Position numbers and translations under genes: made by a program
Part shown: piece after piece, positions 50,900 to 62,927 of the stretch
Numbering within the stretch: position 1 is the first letter of the stretch
Layout: each line of letters opens with the position of its first letter
Notes under the pieces: generated by a model
Seen by the model: only the letters and a program-made list of their open reading frames with translations
Databases searched by the model: none
Told to the model about the DNA's origin: nothing
Source: Malacoraja senta
Lineage: Eukaryota
Direction: 5' to 3'
Length of the DNA stretch: 64,000 nucleotides
NCBI GenBank assembly: GCA_038087875.1
Contig: CM075990.1
Coordinates: 11,720,001 to 11,784,000 of the forward strand

Positions 50900-51293
50900 T
50901 AACCCATTTTGTCCACCAGTGACTCTGGACCCAGTGCCATGGTCGTCTCTAAAAACACTCTGCACACAACTCGAGTTCAAGGAGAATTTGGGATGGGCAA
51001 TAAATGCTGGCATTGTCAGAGATGCCAAAATTGCACAAAAAAGCATAACAAAAAAAAATGTTTTTTCACCACCTGATCTTTATGAAAACCTCTTGAATTT
51101 AATTGTCTATCATTGTTGTCTGTGCCTTCAGCTGCTGAGATAGTTGTGAGTGAAATTCCTTCCTTATACCTCTCGAACCCACTTTCCGCCTTTCAGACAC
51201 ACTCTACAACATATCCCTCTGGCCAAGCTATTGTCACTAATATCTCTTTGGGTGGTTCAGGGTGAGTTTTGTCACCGCAGGGCCTTCATCGAA

Positions 51294-51427
51294 TGTGTAG
51301 GAAGGAACTGCAGATGCTGGTTTATGCTGAAGATAGACACAAAATGCTGGAGTAACTCAGCAGGACAGGCAGCATCTCTGGAGAGAAGGAATGGGTGACG
51401 TTTCGGGTCCAGACCCTTCTTCAGACT
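51294..51427 (-). mobile_element. Penelope terminal repeat A with an intact hammerhead core
   Basis: Minus strand AGUCUGAAGAAGGGUCUGGACCCGAAACGUCACC. Confidence 0.85.
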
Positions 51428-51706
51428 CTGGCTGACTGACCTGTTGAATATTTTCTGCATTTTCTCCTTCATTATTTCAGATTTCCAGCATTTGGTATTT
51501 TTTGGGTTTTGTTCAATCTGTGGAATTTCATACTACATACCCCAAAAAGCAATTGATAACAAATCATTGCTTTATTCTGGATCTTCAGAAGCAGTGGGTT
51601 AAAGAGGCTATGCAAATGGATCATCCTCTTGTTAGAATCACACAGACCGTTCCCATTGCAGTGTTTCGGTGCCAATCATTGTTCGGCTTTTCATTTCTAC
51701 CCTGCA

Positions 51707-52055
51707 ATGGACAGGCTAGATGCAGGAAAAATGTTCCTGATGTTGGGGGGGTCCAGATCCAGGGGTGACTGTTTAAGAATAAGGGGTGGGCCATTTAGGA
51801 CTGAGATGAGGAAAAACTTTTTCACCCAGAGAGTTGTGAATCTGTGGAATTATCTGCCACAGAAGACCGTGGAGGTCAATTCACTGGATGTTTTCAAGAG
51901 AGAGTTAAATATAGCTCTTAGGGCTAATGGAATCAGGGGATATGGGGAGAAAGCAGGAACGGGGTACTGATTTTGAATGATCAGTCATGATCATATTGAA
52001 TGGCGGTGCTGGCTGGAAGGGCTGAATGGCCTACTCATGCATATATTTTCTATGT
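51707..52055 (+). mobile_element. CR1 3' fragment
   Basis: FRTEMRKNFFTQRVVNLWNYLPQKTVEVNSLDVFKRELNIAL. Confidence 0.9.
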
Positions 52056-52356
52056 TTACCTTCTCTTCCCTATGGGAATCCAACATTCTCCTGAGTGCTC
52101 ATCTACTTAGTTATGTCATGTGTCGGAATAATACCTTGGAGTGTGTGCATGTGTATATAAACAATGAATTTTTTCCAATCCTCTGGTAATACCCTCTCCT
52201 TTGTACAAGACTCTGGGGGTGGAATTGAACCTACAACCTTCTGACTCCAAGAGAAAGGTGCAAACCACTGAGGCACAGCAGATGCACGTAGTGCAAAGCT
52301 CTCTGTGGGTGGGGGAAGGAAACTAGAGATTTCTCATTCTACAGCACCTTTCATAT

Positions 52357-52656
52357 TTTAGTTTAGTTTAAAGATACAGCGCAAAAAAAGGCCCTTCGGC
52401 CCTCGTCGACCAACACATTAACACTACCACCCACACTAGGGACAATTTACATTCATCTTAAGCCATTTTACCTACAAACCTATACATCTTTGGAATGTGG
52501 GAGGAAACCGAAGATCTCGGAGAAAACCCACGCAGGTCACGGGGAGAACGTACAAACTCCGTACAGACAGCGCCCATAGTCGGGATCGAACCTGAGTGTC
52601 TGGCGCTGCTGCAAACGCTGTAAGGCAGCGACTACCGCTGCTCCACCGTGCCGCCC
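52357..52656 (-). mobile_element. V-SINE
   Basis: Family match. Confidence 0.85.
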
Positions 52657-52904
52657 TGCATTACACCAATGAAGTATTGTTCCCAACCAACGTCAAAGAT
52701 CATGGGATCGTTCCTGACGGGCAAGGGGTTTACAATTTAATATCTCCGTTGAAAGTTGGGAACTGGAAGTTCAGCATCCCTTCTGTCCTTCACTGAAGTA
52801 TCAATCTAAGCTTTTGATACCATTTAGTATTCTCACAACACAGGTCCAGCCCGGTTTATGAAAGAGCAACCTGAGTACCGAACCTACCTATGAACAAGTG
52901 GCGA

Positions 52905-53335
52905 GAGATAGACACTAAATGCTGGAGTTACTCAGCAAGACATGCAGCATCTCTGGAGGGAAGGAATGGTTAACGTTTCGGATGGAGGTGAAGAAGGGTC
53001 TCGACCCGAAACGTCGCCCACTCCTTCGCACCAGAGATGCTGCCTGACCTGCTGAGCTACTCCAGCATTTGATGTCTATCTTTGGTTTAATATCTTGAGT
53101 ATCTGTGGAATTCTCTGTCACAGAAGGCAGTGGAGGATAATTCACTGGATGTTTTCAAGAGGGAGTTAGATTTAGCCCTTAGGGTTAAGGGAATCAAGGG
53201 ATATGGAGAAAAAGCAGGAATGGGGTACTGATTTTAGATGATCAGGCCATGATCATATTGAATGGTGGTGCTGGCTCGAAGGGCCGAATGGCCTACTCCT
53301 GCACCTATTTTTTGTATGTTTTCTATTTCTATGTT
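52905..53335. mobile_element. Penelope foldback followed by a CR1 3' end
   Basis: Inverted arms 52905-53092; CR1 tail 53095-53335. Confidence 0.8.
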
Positions 53336-54005
53336 TTCTAAACCCAGCCATCTGCAGTTCGTTCCAACACACTTTGTGTCCTTTTGTGTATTGGCCAGCA
53401 TCTGCAGTTCTTCGTTTCTACATCCATATTATCCATCCTCGGACCGAGGAGTCCTTTGGAATGCAGCGTAGAGTAGGGTAACGATGAAGATGTCTCATCT
53501 TTTTATTGCATTATGTTGACTGGAAGGTTGCTTTATTGATTGTCGTGTGATGAAGCAGTGTTGAAGGTTTGAGTTTCACTTGTTGCTTTGAGTTCAATCA
53601 TCTTTAATTTCCAGGTAGCAGCTGCAGGTAAATCCCTCAATAATTGATTCCCGTTCCATGAGGGGGAAACAAATAAATGAATGCAATGCACCAGCGGCAA
53701 ACGCCAATGGCGTTCTCAGCATCTCCGTGACAATTGATTTTCACGGCTCGTGCTTTCTTAGCGACCAGGCACATTCATTAAGCGAGACATTTATTAGGTG
53801 GTCATAAAATTAGTACATTAACTGGGAATTTAATAAGCTGAAGTATCTCATTTTGTCAGCAATTCACGACCGCCATTTATGTCAGTTGCTGCTCATTAAA
53901 GGTCCATTGTTATTTATACTCACACTGCAATCTCGCAGCGATGTCCCCTGCACTTGGTGTGGTTGTACTTGATTGGCAAATGACAACCCACACTCTTACA
54001 CGGTT

Positions 54006-54224
54006 TGTGTAGGAAAGAACTGCAGATGTTGGTTTAGACCAAAGATAGACACAACAAGCTGGAGCAATTCAGTGGGACAGGCAGCATCTCTGGAGAGAAG
54101 GATCGGGTGATGTTTCGGGTTGAGATTCGGGTGTGTAGAAGGGTCTCGCCCTGAAATGTCACCCGTTCCTTCCCTCCAGAGATGCTGCCTGCCCCGCTGA
54201 GTTGCTCCAGCATTTTGTGTCTAT
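54006..54224. mobile_element. Penelope foldback
   Basis: Inverted arms. Confidence 0.8.
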
Positions 54225-54389
54225 CACCGGTTGCACTGCTTGGTACCTATAGCTGTGAGGGGACCTTTGACATACACGGGTGGACTCCCACTGGTGTTAC
54301 ATTTGCCACTAGGACACCAGGCCTTAAAGTGAGAAAATAAGAAGTTAAATATCTCCTTAGGACAAGGTTGGATTTTTGAGAGACTCGTT

Positions 54390-54835
54390 GAGGTGGAAAG
54401 AGTACAGAGGAAATTTGAGGATGTTGCCAGGACTCGACAGAAAGAGGTTGAGTGGGCGAGGACTTTATTCTTTGGAGCGCAGGAGGATGAGGGGGATACA
54501 TAGGGTGAGCGCACAGTGTTTTACCTGGGGTAAGGGAATTGAGAATTGGAGGATATAGGTTTATGGTGAGAGGAGCAAGATTTAATGGGAATCGGAGGAC
54601 ATCTTTTCCACTCTGAGGGTGGTGGGTGTGTGGAAGAAGCTGCCAAAGGAGGTAGTTGAGGTAGGTACGATAACAGCATTTAAAAGACGCTTGGACAGGA
54701 ACATGCATCAGAAATGTTTAGAGATAAGGGCCAAATGGGGGCAAATGGGACTGGCTTAGACAGGGCATCTTGGTCGGTCTGGACAAGTTGGGCCGAAGGG
54801 GCCTGTTTCCGTGCTGTGTGACTCCATGACTCTGA
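54390..54835 (+). mobile_element. CR1 3' fragment (decayed)
   Basis: [26 protein letters not shown] and tail GGGCCGAAGGGGCCTGTTTCC. Confidence 0.8.
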
Positions 54836-55302
54836 CTTAGAAGCTGCAAGATGTTGCCAGAACATGGCTACTCTCCGCGTGTGTAGGATCTATTGTACTC
54901 ATGTGCAGTATGGTTTGACTGGATAACATTCAGAACAGGCTTTTCAGTGTATGTTAGTACATGTGGCAATAATAAACTAAGCTAGTCTAAGCTAAACATT
55001 TGGCTGGGGGCTGAATGGCTGCCCCATGTCCCTCCATCTTTTGTGTCTCAATCTCTACCAATCTCATATACGCTCAGTGGCACGGTGGCGCAGCAGTAGA
55101 GTTGCTGCCTTACAGCGCCAGAGTCCCGGGTTCGATCCTGACTATGGGTGCTTGTCTGTACGGAGTTTGTACGTTCTCCCCATGACCTACGTGGGTTTTC
55201 TCCGGATCCTCCCACACTCCTAAGACGTGCAGGTTTGTAGGTTAATTGGCTTGGTATCGTTGTAAATTGTCCCTAGTGTGTGTAGGATAGTCGAGGATCA
55301 CT

Positions 55303-55439
55303 TCTTCTTCTTTCGTGTGGCGTGCACAGCCTACGGTTGTAGGACAACTTGTTCTATTTGATATTCTGTTTGTGCACGTCGAGTTGATTGCATTAGTCGA
55401 AAGAGGGCGGACCACGTGAAGGTTGCAATCTTCCACCCC
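55303..55439 (-). mobile_element. Short non-autonomous retroposon (Vingi/ingi-like) with a 5' HDV-like ribozyme
   Basis: TSD GTCGAGGATCACT (55290-55302, 55440-55452); (GAA)n tail. Confidence 0.85.
55386..55439 (-). ncRNA. Minimal HDV-like ribozyme fold
   Basis: GGGGUGG AA GAUUGCA ACC UUCACGU GGU CCGCCCU CU UUCGA C UAA UGCAAUC; the P1.1 G is mutated to C in this copy. Confidence 0.7.
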
Positions 55440-55718
55440 GTCGAGGATCACTAGTCGGCCTGGACTCGGTGGGCGTGGGCCCAAGGGCCTGTTTCCATGC
55501 TGCATCTCTAAAAAAACTACAACTGAAGACTCTCAAGCACCCTCCACATAGAACTCTCTCCTCTTCCCTTGGTTAATGTCGAACCTTTTATCCTGGACCC
55601 GTTCACCCTGCAAGCAAATTCCCCAGCCAGGGGAAGAAGCCTCTCAGTCTGAATGAAGTTCTGGACTATTCCCTCCGTAGATACTGCCTGACCTGTTGAG
55701 TTCCTCCAACCCATATTT

Positions 55719-55772
55719 GGGGTGGGAGATTGCAACCTTCACGTGGTCTGCCCTGTTTCGACGAATGCAATC
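55719..55772 (+). ncRNA. Minimal HDV-like ribozyme fold
   Basis: P1 GGGGUGG/CUGCCCU with G1-U wobble, P2 GAUUGCA/UGCAAUC, P3 ACC/GGU, L3 UUCACGU, J4/2 CGAA. Confidence 0.8.
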
Positions 55773-55859
55773 AACCTGGCGTGCATAATCAAATAAGATC
55801 AAATAGAACAGGTTGTCCTACAACTTTAGGCTGTGCACGCCATACACAAGAAGAAGCAG
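55719..55859 (+). mobile_element. Second copy of the ribozyme-bearing retroposon
   Basis: TSD AACCCATA(T/C)TT (55708-55718, 55860-55870); (GAA)n tail. Confidence 0.85.
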
Positions 55860-57342
55860 AACCCATACTTTTTGCTCAAGAGTCCAACATCTCTTTTGCC
55901 TCCAGCTTTGCTCTGTGTTTAGGTTTATTATTGTCACGTGAACTGAGGTAGAGTGGAGAGCTCTTATTTGTGTATTATGCAATCAAATCAAAGAATACTA
56001 TATATGAGTGTACAATCATGCCAAATACCAGTAGAAAAGGTAGAGCATAGAGGAAAATACCAGAGTGCAGAGGATAATTCTCAGCATTGCAGCACAACAG
56101 TTTGCAATGTCTGCAATGAGGTAGGTTGGAGAATTGGGACCGTAGCCTAGGTTGTGGAAGGATGCTGATATCAGAAGTCTGATAACAGCATCTCTAAGTC
56201 TTGCATGTTTCAACGAGATCATTTCTCATTCTTCCAAACTTTCAAAATCAATTTCACTCATTCCTTGCTCATTGGAAAACACATTATCGCGGCAATCAAT
56301 CCAGTGGGTCTATGCAGCACTTCCTCCAAGGCAAGTCTATCTTTCCTTGGATGCGAAGACCGAAACCGCAGTACTAATCTCTATGCGCAGCGATGCAGGA
56401 GTGGTTTCGCCAGTTATCCATTCAGTACCGACACAACACTTTCCACCAATTCAGCAAGACTTTACAAACGGTGCATAACTAATAAATGCTTCACAAGGAT
56501 GATAAGAAATATGGTAGATAGACACAAAAGTAACTTGGAGTAACTCAGCGGGACAGGCAACATCTCAGGAGAGAAGGAATGGGTGACGTTTTGGGTTGAG
56601 ACCCTTCTTCAGACTCAACAATAACTTCTGTTTTCCAGGCCCTCATCTTTCCTTCCATCTATGGACTTTAAACCCATCTGCAGTTTCCTTCCTACAAGAA
56701 ATATGGTTACTGATTTAAGATTGTCATTGGAGGTTTTTGTACTTGGGTGCAAGTCTAGTGATAGACAAGGCTTAAAAGATAATTGCTTGCTAGGAGCTAA
56801 AATAAGAGGCCCCAGATGTTTGGTGTCTTTCAATATTTGGATAAACTCCACCAATAAATACTCCGCAAACTTTCATGGACTGAATTTATCATAACACTTT
56901 TCTCATAGCCTTGCAATCTATTCATTCTAAATGTCAATACACTTTCCTTTTGAGATCACCACCCTTATTGGTCGTGAATTCCAGTTTATAAGTATTGACT
57001 TAAGTGACACATTTTCCCTTGGATCCTTCGCCTAAAACTCTACTCCTCCAGTTGTGGAACAATCTGCTAACAGGGACAGCTTCCCTTCTTTTTCCCTGTC
57101 CGAAGCCGGTCAACATCTTGTACATAACACCTCGATTCAGTATTTTCTCAACCCCTGTTAAATGTTCTTCCAACCTTCCTTGCTCCAAGATCAACATTCT
57201 CAACATCTCCCTTCTCGCCGATTACTCATTCAAAATCCCTCCTCCCCCGGAACCATTCCAACAAATCTCCTCTGTGTGCACTCTTGGGTGATTCCATCCC
57301 TAAAGTGACATGACTAGGACTGGACGCGATACCGCATACCGT

Positions 57343-57515
57343 AGGTTCACATGCTTGATCAATGGTGTTTTATCATTAATGTTTTATTGTTATTAATGTT
57401 TAGTGTTTTCTGAGTCATTCGTAACTGTCACTGTATGTCATGTTGTTACTTGTGGGCGGAGCACCAAGGCAAATTCCTTGTATGTGAATGCTTTGGCCAA
57501 TAAACTTACTTACTT
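57343..57515 (+). mobile_element. LINE 3' UTR (Rex1-like) with (ACTT)n tail
   Basis: Nearly identical to 63608-63768; AATAAA plus tandem tail. Confidence 0.7.
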
Positions 57516-58179
57516 GATTAGTACGGGTGTCGGGGGTTATTGGGGAGAAGGCAGGGAGAATGGGGTTAGGAGGGAGAGATAGATCAGCCATGATTGAATG
57601 GCGGAGTAGACTTGATGGGCCAAATGGTCTAATTCCACTCCTCTCACTTATGACCTTATGAGATACGATGTGTACATGGAAGTTGAGTTGGGGTTGTGGA
57701 TGGCAGATGATTTTGGATAGAGAATAATCATGGATGGTGTTGGTGCTTTGTATACAGAATGAAATAACTTGATAACACAATCATAGTCTTGACTTGACAT
57801 CACTATGAATGTATAGGCACAAAACGCTGGTATAACTCAGCGGGACAGGCTGCATCACTGAAGAGAAGGAATGGGTGACATTTCGGGTCGAGCCCCTCCT
57901 TCAGACTGGTTAGAGATAATGGAAGTTTAAACCAGCAGTTCATTCCTACGAGAGTGTGAGTTGTGTAAAAAAGTGATAACGTTCTTACATTTTGTTTTAA
58001 TGAATATAACGTTTAGTTTTGTAATACAAAGAGTGGTCACCGTGAGTGCTGAGTGACTGGCGATGAGGTCAATCCAACGGAACAAAAGTGGGATCTTTCT
58101 TCACGTGGGGCACCACGACAACTTGTATTTTTATGGCACCATCAGCAGCTAGTGAGACTGGAGGTTGGGTACTCCATGT

Positions 58180-58790
58180 GGGCACACGTTGCCGCAGTGT
58201 TAAAATTGCTGCCTTACAGCACCAGAGTACTGGGTTTGATCCTGACTATGGGTACTGTCTGTATGGAATTTGTATACTTCTCCCTGTGACCTCGTGGGTT
58301 TTCTCTGGGTGCTCAGGTTTCATCCCACACTCCTCAGACGTGTATGTTTGTAGGTTAATTAGTTTAGTTTAGTTTAGAGATACAGCGCGGAAACAGGCCC
58401 TTCGGCCCCACCGGGTCCGCGCCGGCCAGCGATCCCCGGACATTAACACTATCCTACACCCACGAGGGACAATTTTTACATTTACCAAAGCCAGTTAACC
58501 TACAAACCTTTGGAGTGTGTGAGGAAACCGAAGATCTCGGAGAAAACCCACGCAGATCACGGGGAGAACGTAAAACTCCGTACAGACAGCTGCCGTAGTC
58601 AGGATCGAACCCGGGTCTCCGGCGCTGCATCCGCTGTAAGGCGGCAACTCTACCGCTGCGCCACCTCGACGCAGTTCTGTAAATTTGTCCCTGATGTGTA
58701 GGGTAGAACTAGTGGATGGTTGATCGCTGGTTGGCACAGACTCGGTGGGCCGAAGGGCCTGTTTCTGTGCTGTATCTCTAACACTAAAAC
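58180..58790. mobile_element. Young minus-strand V-SINE (58361-58663) nested in an older plus-strand V-SINE
   Basis: The plus-strand SINE resumes at about 58676. Confidence 0.8.
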
Positions 58791-59596
58791 AAACTATCTT
58801 TGGTCGAACAAGCAGTCAGCAGGTGCGATTTGGCGAGCTTCAAATGGCATGCTGGTTTACCACACTCTCCACCCCAACAATCTGTTTCCTCTCAAGGTCA
58901 ACAAAGTCACACAATCAATGTATCTTCACCCCCCCTCCTCCCCCCCCCACCCCCCCCCACCCCAAACCCGACTCCACAACGCTGAGCGCGCACACACTTC
59001 AAATAAAACATACAAGTCATCCCTCAACTGTGTTTTTGTTTCTTCTGCCACAGCAGCCTCGCTCATGATAATGTGCTGACCTTAGCATCTGTAAGGAGGT
59101 AATTAATAATCGGTGATTTTGCAGAGCAGCATATGGCCTGAGAGACGGACTGCAAGCACACAGAGAAGTAAGTGCGATTCCAGAATAAAAACCAGCTGTC
59201 TGAAGCTGGTGCGGCTGCAGGTGACAACTCCCATCTGAAAATGCAAGCTGCTTCTCAGAAGTGTTGCCATATTGCCTTGTGTATGCTGAAGGATGCCATT
59301 TGGCCCATCAAGTCTATACTAACTCGTGGAGCAATCGCATCTCCCTCGCTGATTTTCCCTGAGATGTGTCCCCCCCCCCCCCCCCCCCCCCAACGTTGCC
59401 ATTAATTCCCCTCAAACTTTACCACTTTCTGGGGGCAAATTTAGTTTAGAGATACACCGAGTCCTCGCCGGCTAGCGATTCCCACACATTAACGCCACCC
59501 TACACACACTAGGGATCATTTTACATTTTATACCAAGCCAATTAACCTACGAACCTGTACGTCTTTGGAGTGTGGGAGCAAACCGTAGATCTCGGA

Positions 59597-60025
59597 GTGA
59601 GGTGGGCGGGTGGGCAGAGTGATGGGGGGGTGGTGGTGTGAGGGGGGGTGGTGGTGGGTGCGGGGGGGTAGGCAGAGTGAGGGGGGTGGAGGTGTGAGGG
59701 GGGGGTGGTGGTGTGCGGGGGGGGGGGGTAGTGGTGGTGTGCGGGGGGGGTAGTGGTGTAAGGGGGAGGTGGTGGTGTGGGGAGGAGTGGTGGTATGAGG
59801 GGGGTTGGGCATAGTGATGGGGGGCAGAGTGAGGGGGGGCATATTGAGGGTGATGGGGGGCAGTGAGGGGGGGGCATAATGAGGTGGGGGGGCATAGTGG
59901 GGGGGGGGCAGAGTGAGGGGGGGCATATTGAGGGGGATGGGCATAGTGATGGAGGGCAGTGAGGGGGGGGGCATAATGAGGTGGGTGGGCATAGTGAGGG
60001 GGGGGCAGAGTGAGGGGGGTGTGAG
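59597..60025. repeat. G-rich minisatellite
   Basis: GGGGGG-CATAGTGAT / CAGAGTGA / TGGTGGTGT units. Confidence 0.9.
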
Positions 60026-61159
60026 TGTGTTAACATGAGTGATTTGGCAGCCTGACGAGAGGGTGATGGTGGCATGAGAGGGGAGGGTGATGTGCTTTAA
60101 GCCACTGCAGCGCCTCTGGGGAAGGTACAGCCACAATGCCAATGGATGGGAATATCAGGATTAAAATGGAGAGATGAAGGAGCCAGTTTGAGTGGGCATG
60201 CTCGAGGCTGATTGCACTAGCCCACGGGCTTTTGTTTTCACAGGAAGGGAAGTGAGCCTGTGGAAGATGGATTATATTTTGGCTAATCAACCCTGTCAGT
60301 CTGTGATGGATTCAATGTTCTGGGATCGGTTGTTGCTTTCCAGACTCCCGTGTTGGGAAATCACGGTGATGTCTGTCGGCATTGGCATGTGGGTTCACCT
60401 GGTGCAGGGCTGCGTTCTGTCGCAGTTATCAAAACAACCACTCCCGGCTTCAGGACCACTTGTGACCCGGGATCAATGTGATACAGAGGAAAAACCTCCC
60501 GGCATCTGGTTATTGTCTGAGAGGCGAACCATTCACTGAGGAACTGAAGCTGAGCAGAGGCCGCTCTCTGACCCTCCGGGGGTAACTGGAGTAGAAAGAA
60601 ATAGCTGCAGCAATGTCCAGAGGCCAAAGCAAACCCTGACCCAAGCAGGAAAGTTAGTTAATGCTTTCTAAATTCTTAATTGAGAGCAAGTGTTATGTTT
60701 CCACAGGGTCTTCTTCTTATCGAACACACACAAGATTAGAAGTTGTTCAGCCAGAGCTGAACACACATCTCGGCATCTGCATACAATGGTGTCTGTCTTG
60801 TGCTTCTTCTGCTTCATGTGCGTGGTGGTGGAAAGATTGGTGGAAACAGGGCCGCGACATGAACGCTTTTTCCTTCACCCCTCTACAGGGGTGAATCTTC
60901 CATCTTCCCCTGTCCTGGGCCTTGCTGGCACTCTCCCCATACATTGTGCCATCTCCCAGACCTGACCATGAGCATATAGCCTTGGATAAAGTGGCCCAAA
61001 ACATATTTAAGCAGGGCTTTGGGTGGAGTCACAGATCACAGGAACAGGCCTTCAGCTCACAATGTCCACGCTGATCAAGTACCCATTTATTTATACTCAA
61101 GGTAGACACAAAATGATGGGGGTAACGCAGCGGATCAGGCAACATCTCTGGATGTCTAG

Positions 61160-61604
61160 ATGTCAGCTGTTCTACATCGGTGAGACTTGGCGATCGCTTC
61201 GCCGAACACCTCCGCTTGGTTCGCAATAACCAACCTGACCTCCCGGTGGCTCAGCACTTCAACTCTCCCTCCCATTCCAAATCCGACCTTTCTGTCCTGG
61301 GCCTCCTCCATGGTCAGAGTGAGGACCACCAGGAATTGGAGGAGCAGCACCTCATATTTTTGCTTGGGTAGTTTGTACCCCAGCGGGTATGAACATTGAC
61401 TTCTCTAATTTCAGGTAGTCCCTACTTTCTCCTCCCCTTCTCAGCTCTCCCTCTAACCCTCTGGCTCCTCCTCTTCCTTTCTTCCCGCCCCCCACCCCCC
61501 TCACATCAGTCTGAAGAAGGGTTTTGGCCCGAGATGTTGCCTATTTCCTTCGCTCCATAGATACTGCCGCACCCGCTGAGTTTCTCCAGCATTGTTGTCT
61601 ATCT
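61160..61604 (+). mobile_element. Penelope-like element 3' fragment: GIY-YIG endonuclease C-terminus plus terminal repeat
   Basis: CQLFYIGET / LGDRFAEHLRLVRNNQPDLPVAQHFNSPSHSKSDLSVLGLLH...LEEQHLIF (frameshifted), then CTGAAGAAGGG repeat; inverted repeat piece at 61101-61152. Confidence 0.9.
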
Positions 61605-61785
61605 CTGGAGACCATATGGGTTTGCTCAGATTTCCTTCCACATCCCAAACACGTGGATTGTTAGGGTAACCGGCCTCTGTGAATTGTCCATAAGGTGTGG
61701 ATGAGTGGTAGAGTCTTGAAAGGGGGAGAGAAGTGTGGTTAGGTTTAGTTTGTGAAGAGGTGGGTAGAATAAAACTTGGCATTAA

Positions 61786-61950
61786 TGTGTAGGAATGAAC
61801 TAGCAGATGCGGGTTTATGCCGAAGATAGACCCAAAAAACTGGAGTAACTCAGCGGGACAGCGTGAAGAAGGGTCTCGACCCGAAACCTCTCCCATTCCA
61901 TCTCTCCAGAGATGCTGCCTGTCCTTCTGAGTTACTCCAGCTCGTTTGTG
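61786..61950. mobile_element. Penelope foldback
   Basis: Inverted arms. Confidence 0.75.
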
Positions 61951-62393
61951 TCTGTCTCTGGCATGAATGTAGATTGCTGTAATTGGGTGGTTGCTGGCTG
62001 GCATGGACGATGGGCCAAAGGTCCCTGTTTCCATGCTGTATCTCTCTCTGATTCGCAGACTCTGTCTTTTTTTGGATGCCCCGAGCTTGGGCATTATCCG
62101 TGACATGTAATGTGGTGGCTTTTGCACGGGAGGAAATGTTGACGCTGAGCACAGCGTAAACAGCAATGTAACGACAGCTTATGCTTTGGTTATTCTCATC
62201 GAGCCATAAATATTGTTTGGACTAACTCCCCCACTGCTCTTCATTGCAATCCTGTCCGTTCATTTCTGCTGAGCAGCAAGGGCAGAGGAGGTCTCTGCAA
62301 AATGTCCGATAGTGTAGCACCCCCTTGGTTACTGCCCTAGGAGGTTCCTGCTTTGATTTTCATGTGCAAGATGGAGTCAAAATTGTTGCTGCC

Positions 62394-62436
62394 TCATTCA
62401 TTCATTCATTCATTCATTCATTCATTCATTCATTCA
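62394..62436. repeat. (TTCA)n microsatellite
   Basis: Direct reading. Confidence 0.95.
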
Positions 62437-62927
62437 CCTGCTGTATTTGGCCTTCTAGGTAATGGGAATGTTATGCGTAGAGTCAATACCTTTATAAAAA
62501 TAAAGACAAATCGACAAAAGCCGTGGCAATATAATTTCCATAAACTGCTGAAGGAAATCCTGCATTATTAAATATTAATTACAAATGAATACTATGACTA
62601 AGCACAGAATACTGCGCAAATTTGACAGCAAACATCCACACAATGCAATAGATGACCACTTTGCCAGAATAATAACCTGCTTCTGCCGTCTCTTATCGAT
62701 CATCTGATCTGCAATATGTGTATATACCTATTTGAACAGTTATAGGCACCAATTGTGAAGTTTGTCAACAAACGATTTTCTCCGTCAATGTCCCAGTGTT
62801 TAAGACCCAGGCATCCTCTCTGAAGGTAAGTGCTTTATGTACCTGTTCATGTGTGTGTCCGTGAACATATACATTGGTTGCCGTGTGTTGGTATTCGTCA
62901 TGCTTTGGCAGTCAGCTGGGAAACTTA

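Larger units (their letters stand above)
55077..55512 (+). mobile_element. V-SINE hosting a ribozyme-bearing retroposon
   Basis: Family match interrupted at 55303-55439. Confidence 0.85.

Noticed and set aside
59528..60142. 204-aa and 177-aa proline-rich ORFs
   Set aside because: Translations of the G-rich minisatellite and a SINE
61501..62166. 221-aa ORF, the longest in the window
   Set aside because: Runs through SINE and Penelope repeat fragments; no coherent protein
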